DNA from: Eledone cirrhosa
Lineage: Eukaryota
DNA length: 64,000 nucleotides
NCBI GenBank assembly: GCA_964016885.1
Contig: OZ024747.1
Span: 92,504,001 to 92,568,000 of the forward strand
Reading direction: 5' to 3'
Both the position numbers and the translations under genes were made by a program. This document shows positions 1-12,154 of the stretch, in pieces (within the stretch, counting starts at the first letter, position 1; each line of letters starts with the position of its first letter). The notes below the pieces were generated by a model. It saw nothing but the letters and a program-made list of their open reading frames with translations, had not been told where the DNA came from and searched no databases.

Positions 1-230
1 GTTAGTGTGTAGATTAGTGTGGTTGTGTGCTTGTATGTACGTTAGTGTGTGTGTGTGCTTGTATGTACGTTAGTGTGTAGATTAGTGTGGTTGTGTGCTT
101 GTATGTACGTTAGTGTGTAGGTTAGTGTGTTTATGTGCTTGTATGTACGTTAGTGTGTAGATTAGTGTGGTTGTGTGCTTGTATGTACGTTAGTGTGTGT
201 GTGTGCTTGTATGTACGTTAGTGTGTAGGT
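1..230. repeat. GT-rich minisatellite (28-40 bp units, GTTAGTGTGTAGATTAGTGTGGTTGTGTGCTTGTATGTAC), truncated by window edge
   Basis: Unit seen directly about six times, with length variants. Confidence 0.9.
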
Positions 231-1071
231 TGTGTTCAGTCAAAGGAGAAAGTAGCTACATTATCATCCTTTTCCTCTAACACACGACAGAAATATTCTG
301 ATAGAAAACCACATATAAACACAAGTACTGTACAGACAGCCTATCATCCATATTGTAGGTGTATCAATGAAATGCCATGGGTTTACGATAGTCTTGTGCA
401 TTAACTCTGACGAAGTCTATTCCTCTCCAGGTTTGAGCACAACTGATGTCATTCGGCGAGAGAGAGGGGGGGGGAGACTTTATTTATCGACAATGAAAAG
501 GATGAAAGGCGAAGTTGACCTCAATGGGATTTGAACTCAGGGCGCCGACAGCCAGAAGAAATACCGTGAAACAACCTATTCGACATCCTAATGACTCTGC
601 CAATTCAATTTACCGTCTCAATGTGATCATTATGTCTTAGCGTTTAGTTACCATGCAACCGTCAACTGATTTCTATTCTAATATTTCGTATATCAATTAC
701 GTAATTCTCAGGGAGATTCGGTATGACACAATGTGTACGATAAGGTTGACTCTTTGAATTAAAAGTAAAATCCATTCAACAGACTTCCAAACAGTTTCTG
801 TCTACCAAATTTCATTAACAAACACAAATATCATAAGGAGGTATATATATTCGTTGTATCCATTAGGTTTCTAAATCATGAAATAGCATTATAAAGTCGA
901 CAAATGTAGCGTCTCGTTATTTGTTGATGTTTTTAGTTTTGACTTACATTTAGCGGTTCAAAGACGAAGGGAGATAACTTTCTCAAAGCAATTGCTTCAT
1001 TTTGGTAACGAAGTTAAGGGAAATAACAAGCATTTTATTTTATTCACAGTTGTATAAATAACATTATAATT

Positions 1072-1258
1072 ATGGATTGGCAGTATCGGTAGAGGGTCGG
1101 ACGCCATGCTTTCCAGCATAGTTACGTCCCTTTACGATCTGAGTTCAAATCCCGCCGAGGTTGACTTTGCCATTCATCCTTACGGGGTCGATAAAATAAA
1201 GTACCAGTAATGCACTGAGTAATTGCTGGCCTTGTGCCTAAAGTAGAAACAATTATAA
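1072..1258 (+). mobile_element. tRNA-derived SINE, family A
   Basis: A-box-like TGGCAGTATCGG, B-box GAGTTCAAATCC, tail CCTTGTGCCTAAAGTAGAAACAATTAT. More than 20 full or partial copies in the window (e.g. 2962-3172, 13640-13800, 26805-27175, 35470-35680, 36175-36382, 38688-38855, 41033-41450). Confidence 0.9.
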
Positions 1259-1439
1259 TTAAGTTTTTAATATATACATTTATAACATTTAAAATAACAT
1301 AATAAATTGTTCGCAATTCGTTCAGAAGAACATTAAAAACATAATGTCGTTGATAAACACATATACATGCATAATAGAGAGAAAAAAGAAAAAGGGGGGA
1401 AGGAAAAACAAAAACTACCATCAATTCACTTCGTGTGAC

Positions 1440-1587
1440 AATCGGCTGCTCATCACATCATAAGGGTTAACTAAACACTTTGGCAAGGCAACACGTTCGC
1501 AGCATTGCCACGGGTGATGGCGAGGCTAGGGCGCTAAAACAACCAGGAACAATGACGGGCAATACCTGATACCTCAGTAAGGTGAGT
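1440..1587 (+). promoter_or_regulatory. Candidate first exon in a CpG-retaining segment, ending in a consensus splice donor
   Basis: AAG|GTGAGT at 1579-1587; locally more CpG than the surrounding DNA (visual impression, not computed). Confidence 0.3.
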
Positions 1588-2212
1588 CGCCAGCGATGAT
1601 AAAAAATTTGCTGTCAGCAGCCCTACTTCACCAAATGTTTCGAACGCCACAGGCTAAATAATTACTGGCTAAATCCAGGTATTTACGAATTTTAGGGATG
1701 CAGTGACATCCCCAACACACATACACACACATTTACCGCGGCGTCCATGTTTTAAACGAGTTGCTTCCCTTATAAGCAAAATAAATTTTGTCATTCAGAA
1801 ATTTCTATGAAGAAAAGAACGTGCTTTATAACTTCCCTAACTTTAACATTCATGGCATTCGGATTTTAAAATAGTTATTGCTTAAAAATTGTATGTGTGT
1901 CTCTATTTGGGCGAGTCACCATGAACATAAAACACACATGAATATATATATATATATATATATATCAGCATCATCATCATCGTTTAACGTCTATCTTCCA
2001 CGCTAGCATGGGTTAGACGAGGAATTGTCCCATTTGAGGCAAGATTGATCGGGTGACCGTGTCTCGCTCGTATACGACTATATCTATAGGACTTTTCTAC
2101 GGCTGGATGCCCTTCCTAACACCAACCACATTTACAGTTTGGACTGGGTGTTTTTTTTTTGTTTTTGTTTTTTTTTTGTTGTGACACTTATACGACCTCT
2201 TTAGTTTAGACT

Positions 2213-2256
<44 letters not shown>

Positions 2257-3561
2257 CAAGAAGAGTGTGGTAAGATACCAGGTGGACCCTAACACACCAG
2301 AGTACTCAATACTTTCAAAATTATCACCCAGAATCTCTACCAAAGAAGCTTTTTATCATGTCCTTCATTTAACCCTTTAGTTACCAATCCAGCCAAAGCC
2401 AGCTCTGGTTCTATGAAATAAAATCACTCATATTAAAGGTTTACAATTTAAATAAAACTATTCCAACATAATTTGATATAAGAACCTTACATTAAGTTAC
2501 TATCTTAGCCTAGCATCATCCCACCCTCATATCTGAGGGTCGGGGGCAGGGGGTCATCCAACTTTTCTTGTCTCTTGCCAGTGCCGTACATTCTGCCAAA
2601 CTCCTTCCTGTCCATTCCTTAATATCATCTGTCCATCTCCTTTTCTGCCATATCTTGGTCCTTTTCCCTTGTATTTGTCCCTCAAGAATGTGTGTTATCT
2701 TAGTAATGGAATAATTAATAATTTTAACATATCCCTCAAAATTCTTCAGTAATTAACTCTCGTTCTTTGAAGGATAATTATTCTAAGGGTTTTATTCATT
2801 GTATTTTAGTTATCATTTTAGTGAACTGTTCTAAAGAAACTAGATTTGTTCATTAACCCTTTTGTTACCATATTCATAATGAAAGGCACTGCCTATGTGT
2901 TTTAATTATTTCCAAAAATAATTATTGTAACTAACTTTCTCATTATTAAGCTTGTGTTTCGTTGAATTGGCAATATCGGTAGAGCGTCGGACAATATGTT
3001 TTGGGGCATATAGTTACAATCATTTACGCATTGAGTTCAAATCCCACCAAGGTTAGCTTTGCCTTTCATCCTTTGAGAGTCGATAAAATAAAGTACCAGT
3101 AATGTACTGGGGTCAATCTCAACAACTTTCCCAAAATTGTTGGCCTTGTGCCTAAATCAGAAACCATTATTATGCCTGTGTTTGAAACATAACTTAACAA
3201 AGGTTCCTACATGAAATTATGGTGAAATGTTTTTATCTAAATATGAACTCTTTAAACCAAGCAGCTTTGTGTCATAGAAATATAAGTAATTCCAAGTGGT
3301 TTCATATAAAAAAGGTTAAAGATATATAATTTCAGTCCTGGTTAATGGTTGACCCAATATGAAATCCAAATAAATTTCAGTATTCTAAATCTTTGGTAAA
3401 TCCTTTTTCGATAAACTATGTCTATATATGCAAGTTGCACAATTCAACTTTTCGTTGTTTCAAAATTAGATTTATTAAGTGCTGAAACACATGTATGAGG
3501 GGGTGTTTCTTCTCTGAAGACCTTCTGCTAACCAGCTCTTCTGAGAGCTTTTTTTACCACT

Positions 3562-3771
3562 TTAATCCTTTAGCATTTACATTACTCTATATTTACTATT
3601 GTATTTTCATGATAAAGGCCTTACCTCACCTCACATAATATCGAATCTATGAGATTTTGATGTTATTTATTTTGAGAACAATGCCTTAACGTCAGTATGA
3701 GTGGCTGGTTAAAGCCGATTTAAACAGAAGGAAATGAGAACTCTGGCCAGATACGGCTGGTTAAAGGTTAA
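3562..3771 (+). mobile_element. piggyBac-type MITE
   Basis: TTAA at both ends with degenerate CCCTTT/AAAGGG termini; same body as 14728-14930, 27774-28240 and 46577-46806. Confidence 0.7.
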
Positions 3772-3902
3772 ACAACTAAAATATTAGTACAATTTCTACA
3801 ACTATGTGTTGTGTCTTATAAATGTCACACACAATTAATTCTTCATAAATTAAATAATAATTGTCTTAATCTAATTAATAATTTGTATATTTTAATTTCA
3901 AG

Positions 3903-3959
3903 GTAGCCAAGATGAATTGAGCTTAAATTGTAACCATTTCTCTGCTGAAAATATAAGAT
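3903..3959 (+). other. Candidate 57-nt internal exon (open as (G)SQDELSLNCNHFSAENIR)
   Basis: TTTTAATTTCAAG acceptor and GTGAGT donor at 3960-3965; symmetric phase 1 with an open frame; non-repetitive DNA. Confidence 0.4.
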
Positions 3960-4495
3960 GTGAGTGTTAGTCTTGTGGGTTAATTTTCTCCATAAGTTAC
4001 TGTAAGTGGAGATTCTAAAATTAGTCCTTATTACAGATGATTTATTTATTAGTGTTGGGATAAAAGTCTAAAGAGTGATTGTAAACATGGCAGTAATTAA
4101 ATTAAATAAGTCTGAGAAATATCACAAAATGTTTTATATGCTGAAAACAAAGAATGAACTTCATTCCTAAAAATGTGTTCTTTTTAATTTCTGAAATTTT
4201 TCACACTAGAATTTGTTTTCAACACGCAAATGCATATGTGAATATGTGTGTATGTGCATACATTTATATGTATGAGTATATAAATATAAATGCATACACA
4301 CAGACACACTTACAAAAATACACACTCATAGATATACATTCACACAAATACCTGCATACATTCACACAAACACACACACACATACATTTACACAAACACA
4401 CATACACATACACTCACACACAGCGTAGCAAATGGATTGCCAGCCACTGTTTTGCTATAATGTTTTCACCATCTCCTTCCTTTTACACACACATA

Positions 4496-4530
<35 letters not shown>

Positions 4531-5072
4531 TATGTGACAGACGGATGGAAATCGCTCAAATTTATACATAGATGTGATCAATGAATCAATTTTTTTTTTT
4601 CAAACTCACAAGTGTACAAAACAACAATATACTACAGACTATATAAGACATTATAAGACATAATTTATAAATACATATCAATTAAGTGCACAATTATTAA
4701 TATTATTATTATTTATTGGTGGGGGGTACTGCTATCAGAATATCAATTAATCGTGAAAATGCATTTAGCTTCATAAAAGATCAACGTAATCAAATTTAAT
4801 GAGTGACCAAATAGTTCTAGTGAAGTAATCATGTAATAATTATCTCCTATTTGATGTAAGACAGATACTATCAGTATTAACTTTTAGTAGAGCGGATATT
4901 AACTGCATAGATAACCGGCTGGCATTAATCTTATGGCTTACAAAAGTGCTAAGTTTGAAAATTTAATTAAATCCATATTTTTACCCAAGAAATGATGTCA
5001 GATTTCAATAATATTTAAGCTATTTTAAGTTGACAAGTTCTTTTTAAAATTTATTTTGGTATCTTTATTCAG

Positions 5073-5147
5073 TGTTAATACAGAAACCCAGGGAAAACTG
5101 CCAATTTTGTCTGGATGAAAGGAAATTATAGCAATGGCATTTCCTGG
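5073..5147 (+). other. Candidate 75-nt exon (UTR or non-coding)
   Basis: ATCTTTATTCAG acceptor and TGG|GTAGGT donor; frame continuing from 3903-3959 hits TAG. Confidence 0.25.
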
Positions 5148-7076
5148 GTAGGTTTAGGTTACAAATATAATCTATTAATTGGAATAAGTAGCCTGGAAGA
5201 AAGGCAGCTTGGTCTTTAATTTTATGTGGATATGTGAGATTTTTAAGAGTATTACGGTTTCATTTAGAGATAATATAAAGTAGAGTTAGAATCAACATCC
5301 ACAAAATTTTTATATCAAGTATTTTCTTGATCGTATTTCAACATAATTAACAATTAATTTCTAAACGTTCTTATCAGAGCTATATTCAGATTAATTACTG
5401 TAAAACAGACCAGTTTAACTTGTAAGGATTCTTTTGCATTCAATGGATCATGAGTTTGAAGTGAACAGAGCCATGATAATTTCATTGCAATTTCAAGGAA
5501 ATATACATAAAATAGTGGCTAATAAAAAATATATATAAAGTACATATAGCTGATGATGATGATTCAATGGGGGGGGGGGGGGTAGGAGCTTAAATAAGTC
5601 TCAAAGGGATTTACAAAAAGCATTGTGAAATAGAGCTAAGCTCCTGGAAAGTGCTAACTGAAACTAATTCACTTCACTTCGGCTGCTAATGCAAAATACA
5701 AAAAAACAGTTCATATCTCATTTTTCCTGCCTCTAAAATATAGAGAGACTTTGAACTAAACAGAAAAGAAATTTCATAAAGATTACATCAAAGAATTGTA
5801 GGTACTAAACTGAATTAAGTGTAATAATTGCAGGAGCTGGTGCAATAGTGTGCCAGCTTCAGCTTTTGGTAATCAGAAGAAGGGAGGGCAATAAGTATTA
5901 ATTTCAGCATTTTATCTTAGTGCCTACTTGACCAATTTTTTTTTATGATTTATAACCACAGAGAGGGGGCTTTTATAGAGATCACAGTGAAGGGAATAAG
6001 TGAAAATAGGACAGTGAACTAAATAATCTAAGTATAGCTGAGATAGTTTACAGAGTTCACAAATAGTGGTATTAATTGTTTCTACTTTAGGCGCAAGGCC
6101 AGCAATTACCCAGCAATTACCCAGTGCATATTAATAGTGGTATTAATGAGGGCTATATTTATATAATGGTGAGATTCTGAATTTGAATGCAGGACGCAGT
6201 TAATATTAACTAGACATATCTAGTTCATACAAGCCAACACAAAGCCTTCTTTGTGGTCAATCTAACTGCTTGAAACATCAACTAAATCCCTTCAAATCAC
6301 TTCCTACAATCATAGAAATGGACACATTGAATATTGTCGTCCTGTACCTAAGTAAAAGGCGGAATGGTCACAAATGGAATGGTTAAACAGAGTGCTTGAA
6401 ACATCAGCTGAATACCCTCAAAACACATACTACCATCATAGAAATGGACACATTGGATATTGTCATTCTGTACTCTTTTACATAAGTAAAAGGTGGAATG
6501 GTCACAGATGGAATACCTTTATAAATATGTCTGATCAGGGCTTACCTGGGACTAAACAATGATAGCAACAGCTTAACTCAGGTTTATATATACCAGTATC
6601 AACCTTCCAAATAAAGGCTTCTTCACAGCATGTGTCTTTTACTTGTAGTATATATATATATATTGAAAGCACATGGCCAAATGGTAAGGGTGTTGGACTT
6701 ACGATCATAACGTTGTGGGTTTGAATTCCTGGGCTGGGTTGTGTGCTGTGTTCTTGAGCAAAAACACTTCTTTTCATGTTGCTCCAGTATACTCAGCTGA
6801 AAATGAGTACCAGCAATAGCTGGCGGTTTAACCCTGCGATGGACTGGCATTCTGTCCAGGTGGGAGTTTTATACTCTCAGTTGCTTCATGCCATGAAACC
6901 AGGATAAACACCGGCTCAACTTGCTGCTTGTAACACATAAGGGCAAGCATGCATATATAAATTGATCTCACACATACAGAGAGACATACACTCACACACT
7001 CGAACACATAGAAGCACACACTCACATACACACATACACAGGCATGCTCACACAACCACTCATATACATAAAGATG

Positions 7077-7425
7077 CAGGCACATGGCTTAGTGGTTAGA
7101 GCATTGGCCTTGCAATCGAGAGGTTGTGAGTTCAATTCTCAGACCGGGTGATGTGTTGTTTCCTTGAGCAAAACACTTTATTTCACATTGCTCCAGTTTA
7201 CTCAGCTGTAGAAATGAGATGATAGGGACTGGGGTCCCTATCATTCCACTGTGAAGTGGTCGTGGAGGTGCCACGGCAAAAAAGAACCAAGCACTCACTG
7301 TAAATGAGGTTGGTGTTAGGAAGGGCATCCAGCTGTAGAAATCAAGCCAGAATCAGTTCCCGTCCCACCCTTGCAAGCAGGGAAAAAGCGGACGTAAAAT
7401 GAAATGATGAAATGAAATGATGATG
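7077..7425 (+). mobile_element. tRNA-derived CORE-like SINE, family B, with RTE-derived tail
   Basis: A box TGGCTTAGTGGTTA, B box GAGTTCAATTC; central CCTTGAGCAAAACACTTTAT...CAGTTTACTCAGCTGTAGAAATG resembles the CORE domain; 3' end nearly identical to RTE tail at 11265-11320. Confidence 0.85.
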
Positions 7426-7578
7426 CAGGCATAAATGCGTTCAAACATGTACACACACATATGCACATTACAGTTCTTCAGTGAAATAACAACCCAACCA
7501 GGAACTCGGCATATCAGAGTATTGACAAAATTATACACCTCAACAACATATGTACTTGTCTATACCACACTAATTCGG

Positions 7579-7633
7579 ACTGGCTGAAGAGGTCACAGCC
7601 AAAGATGGCTGTCACCGAAATATATATAGCAGT
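7579..7633 (+). ncRNA. Type I hammerhead ribozyme motif (Penelope-like pLTR type)
   Basis: CTGAAGA 7584-7590; 11-bp stem II with one C.C mismatch, 7591-7616; GAAA 7617-7620; palindromic stem III ATATATAT; stem I ACTG/CAGT; AATAAA follows at 7634-7639. Confidence 0.8.
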
Positions 7634-7780
7634 AATAAACGAAGCTAAATTTTAAACATTTGACTTTTTATTTAACTTTATTTTACATTACTCCGGAGTA
7701 ACCAAACCAACCTGCGCACTTCGTCGAGTGCTCCAGCCTGCATACTGAGGTGTTGGTATACAACCAACATATACTCAAAA

Positions 7781-7875
<95 letters not shown>

Positions 7876-7902
7876 ATATATATATATACATATATATATG
7901 TA

Positions 7903-8332
7903 TATGTCTAACACACGTGGACATGCTTACAAAATCAGAAAACAATACAGCTCCCATGACTTTCGGAAACATTTTTTCACACTCAGTTGTTAGCTGTCGG
8001 GACACAGCATCCTTTAAAACCTCCATGGAACAAACTACCTGCGTCAGTTGTTAGCTGTCGAGACACTGCATCCTTTAAAACCTCCATGGAACAAACTACC
8101 TTCATCAGTTGTTAGCTGTCGAGAAACTGCATCCTTTAAAACCTCCATGCTTCCCGAAATTCACAAACACTACACCTGATATTCTGCCTCCATACACACG
8201 CATGCATGTGTGTCTGTGTGTATATTATGACTCATACACTGTTTACTTTCCTGACATTTGTACATTATTCTATGTACTATACATGTACCTTTGGTTAGTT
8301 GTAGTGCACCTGAGCACTGTACATAATAATTT

Positions 8333-8372
<40 letters not shown>
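7903..8372 (+). mobile_element. CR1-clade LINE 3' fragment with internal tandem triplication
   Basis: Matches the 3' end of 9091-10315; GTTGTTAGCTGTC...AAAACCTCCATG occurs three times; (TTA)n tail. Confidence 0.85.
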
Positions 8373-8373
<1 letters not shown>

Positions 8374-8662
8374 AAGTACCAGTAATGCACTGGGTAATTG
8401 CTGGCCTTGTGCCAAAAGTAGAAACAATTATTATTATTATTATATATGTAAGAATGTACATCTGAAGTTATGTTCTAAACATCAAACTTAATAAAGACGT
8501 AATGATAAAATTATTCATTTTAGTAAATCCTTCCAAATTCTTGACTATTTTCCAAATTAATCAAAATATATGTTCAGAAATATTTCATAATCTTCATTAA
8601 CTCCACTACAATAACAATATACATACATATGTAAGCACATACATGTGTATATGTATGTTATG

Positions 8663-10546
8663 TCATCATCATCATCATCATCATCGTTTAACGTCCATAT
8701 TCCACGCTCACATGGGTTTGGACGGGAGTTTTCCCACTTGAGGCAAGAGTGGTTGTCTTGCTCGCATAGGACTGTCTGGCGGGTTTTCTACGGCTGGATG
8801 CCCTTCCTAACACCAACCATATTTACAGTGTGGAACTGGGAGGTTTTTACCGTGTTACCTACACGGCCACATTACAGCGTGGACTGTGTGTTTTTTTATC
8901 GTGACACCTACACGACCTCATTTGTTTCGGGCTGGATGTTGTGGTACCAACATAACTTTACATTGAAAGGGGTGGTGTGGATGGGGTGGGGGTAGTGGGA
9001 CGGGGGTGTATTTTGTTAGAGGTGCCTACTGACTGTAGTAGGTTTCACTTTGCACTTAGGTAAGGCGGGTCTTCTCTATTACTGTGTATATAATAATAAT
9101 AATAATGAAATATTGTGTACAGTGCCCAGGTGCACTACAACTCATCAAAATGTGCATGTACAGTATATAGGGCAATGCACAAACATCAGGAAAATGAACA
9201 GTGCACGAGTCATGATACACACATATGTGCATGTGTATGGAAGGGGTACATCAGGTGTAATTTTGGCATATTTCGGGAAGCATGAGTGTCTTAAAGGATG
9301 CAGTGTCTCGGCAGCTAACAACTGACGCAGGCAGTTTGTTCCATGCTTCAGCAACTGTGAGCGTGAAAAAATGTCTACGAAAGTCATGGGAGCTGTGCTG
9401 TTTTCTGATTTTGTAGGCATGTCCACGTGTGTTAGACACATGGAGATCAAAAAGGTGCTCAGGGTTGCAATTGGCGAGATGGTTAATAACTTTGTGGGTA
9501 TTTACCAAGTCCATTGCCAGACGTCGGAGCTTCAATGAATCCATGCCCAGGGAAGCAAGGCGTTCAGAGTATGGTAGATGTCTGATGGAGGGTATGCGCT
9601 TGGTTGCACGTCTCTGAACAGTTTCCAGGAGGTCAATGTTCTGAGCAAAATAGGGGTTCCAGATTGATGATGCGAATTCCAAGTGTGGTCGTACCATAGC
9701 TGTATACAGTTTTAAATAGATGGCTGGAGAGCAGCTAACAAAGGTCTTGCTGAGTGATGCCAAGACACCCTCGGCCTTCTTGACAATCTTAGAGACATGC
9801 TTTGTCCAACGCAAATCGTTGCTGACAGTAATGCCCAGGTCACGTTCACAAGAGGACTTCTTGATATCAGTGTTGTGGAGGGAGTATGTGGACGCTGGAT
9901 TTTTCCTCCCAAAATGCATGGTGGTACACTTGTCCACAGCCAGCTTCAGTTGCCAGTCTGTGATCCATTGCTGCATTGTGTCCAGGTCTGATTGTAGGAA
10001 AGAGATGTAGATTTCAGGATCTGTCCTTTTGATTTCAAAGTACAGCTTGATGTCATCTGCATATTTCAGTACCGTGGCATTCTGTAAGTTGGCATCTATG
10101 TCATTAATATATGCCACAAACAAAAGGGGACCAAGAACAGATCCCTGTGGTACACTAGATGACATCTCATATGGTGAAGAATGCTGTCCTAGAACCGTGA
10201 CTACTTCTTTTCGGCTGAGAATGAAGGATTTCAACCAGTCGAAAAGATCATCCCTCACACCCATTGCAGAGAGTTTTGCCATAAGTCTTTTGTGTGGCAC
10301 AGAATTAAAAGCCTTAGATCTCGGTCCAGAGACATTGTCTTGGAGAGGTGTAAGTGTGTGAGGTCGGAATTTATCAAGTTGTCCCAGGTTTTTCTGGGTC
10401 TCCCTACTCTGTGGTTTCCGTCTATTTTTATTGCCCTGCACTTTTTTATACAGCTGTCGTCTTTCATGCACATCACGTGACCATACCAACGTAGTCTTCT
10501 CTCGAGTAAACAGCATCTGATCCCTCTTATTTCTAATTTCTCCCTG
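8663..10546 (-). mobile_element. RTE-clade LINE 3' fragment split by a CR1 insertion (pieces 8663-9089 and 10316-10546)
   Basis: Both pieces are colinear with the uninterrupted copy at 50235-51637; RRLRWYGHV..GRPRKTW motif; (ATG)n tail. Confidence 0.9.
9091..10315 (-). mobile_element. 5'-truncated CR1-clade LINE; uninterrupted reverse transcriptase C-terminal ORF 10315-9251
   Basis: KAFNSVPH, VPQGSVLGPLLF, YADD, ERDLG, VRPHLEF, QRRATK, TRGH..K, WNKLP motifs; 3' UTR with (TTA)n tail. Confidence 0.95.
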
Positions 10547-10701
10547 TATGTATATGTGTGTGTATATATATATATATATATATACATATATAATATATAA
10601 ATATATATATATATGTATATATATGTGTGTATATATATATATATATACATAATATATATATATACATAATATATATATATACATAATATATATATATATA
10701 C

Positions 10702-10757
<56 letters not shown>

Positions 10758-10761
<4 letters not shown>

Positions 10762-11303
10762 GCCATAGTATCTAGAATAAGGATGGGTTGGAAGAAGTTT
10801 AGGGAGCTGCTTCCTCTGTTGACGAAGAAGGGTTTCTCCCTGCGTACGAAAGGCCGGTTGTATGATGCCTGTGTGAGGAGCGCGATGCTGCATGGTAGTG
10901 AGACATGGGCAGCAACTGCAGAGGATATGCGACGGCTGGAGAGAAATGAGGCAAGCATGCTCCGTCGGATGTGCAGTGTAAATGTGCGTGAACGACCCAG
11001 CATAAATGTGTTGAGAGAGAAACTGTGTCTGAGAGGGATAGAATGTAGTGTACGGGAGAGGAGACTGAGGTGGTATGGACATGTGATGCGCATGGAGGAT
11101 GACCGATCGGTGAAGAAGTGCCAGGAAATGCCAGTTGAAGGAAGATGTGGTAGAGGTAGACCACGAAAAACATGGGCGGAGGTGGTGAGAACAGACCTCA
11201 GATCATTGAAGCTCATGGTGGAGATGACGAAGGACCGTGACGAGTGGAGAGATGCTGAATAAGACCCGTCCCACCCTTGCAAGCAGGGAAAAGCGGACGT
11301 AAA

Positions 11304-11335
<32 letters not shown>
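10758..11335 (+). mobile_element. RTE-clade LINE 3' fragment (subfamily 2)
   Basis: GWKKFRELLPLL, MLHGSETW, RLRWYGHV, GRGRPRKTW; (ATG)n tail; preceded by (TA)n. Confidence 0.95.
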
Positions 11336-11449
11336 ATATATAGGCAAATGGAGAGGTTTTGCTGAGAAGAACCCATCCAACCCATGCAAGTGTGGAAAAA
11401 CGGATCTGAACACAATGATGTTGATGATGATGATATTCATTTTTGTATG

Positions 11450-11830
11450 GATGTTATGTCAGGTCACTCTTCAGCTCTACTGGTAACATGTAACCCAGTA
11501 CAACCTGAGCATGGTCAGGTCATCGGTGACTAAACTGGCAACACCACCAAATTTGCTTGGTGAGGAGGGTGAATTTGGACACACTGCGGGATGAAAAACA
11601 AAACCAATCAAAGGGCGGAGAAACTTGGCAAAGGAACTCGGCAGAGGAACTCAGCAGAGTCAACGGTCATCCAATAAAGTTTTTTTTTTTTTTGAGCAAG
11701 AGGACTTCTAGTCTTCATTAAGACATCTATCTAGGACAAGGTCACTTTAATATTTAAAAAAAAATAAAAAAAACCTGCAACTTCGTTTCCATCCAGTGAA
11801 GCAGACCAATTCTACTTTTTGGGTAAATGC
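11450..11830 (+). mobile_element. Dispersed structured repeat, resembling the 5' region of an RTE-type element
   Basis: Second copy at 41699-41955; conserved hairpin TACTGG...CCAGTA. Family assignment is inference. Confidence 0.5.
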
Positions 11831-12154
11831 ATTCGATGTTCAGAAAGTGGGATTGAATCTGTACAAAGCCTTTCCTTACTTAAAAAAAGCTTCAATCTCA
11901 GGCATCACTTGATATGTGACATTTTTTGCGATGCATGGTATTGCTGGCCATAGGCAAGTCCCTTTGAGTTGCAGCCATTATCATATATGTATGTATATTA
12001 TATATATATACGTACACACAGTCATATATACATACATACACATACACACGTGTTTAATAAACACTGCACATGAACAGATTCTCTACTTGAGAATGAAATT
12101 ATGTCTATTAATTTAATATTCCCATTGAAGAGAAGATTTTATAACATTAACTGC

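Noticed and set aside
407-460. CTGANGA hits at 407, 3514, 42781, 46229, 55896, 59292 and minus-strand 11468, 56134
   Set aside because: No correctly placed stem II, GAAA and NUH; expected chance matches.
6265-6520. ~125-bp tandem duplication giving ORF 6374-6562
   Set aside because: Duplicated segment of an old dispersed repeat (relative near 21190-21360); ORF has no recognisable motif.
7077-7150. tRNA gene
   Set aside because: A and B boxes are present but run into a SINE body and LINE tail, with multiple diverged copies and no oligo-T terminator.
9251-10684. 477-aa ORF as an intact gene
   Set aside because: Chimera of TA repeat, out-of-frame RTE and truncated CR1 RT; no genuine start.
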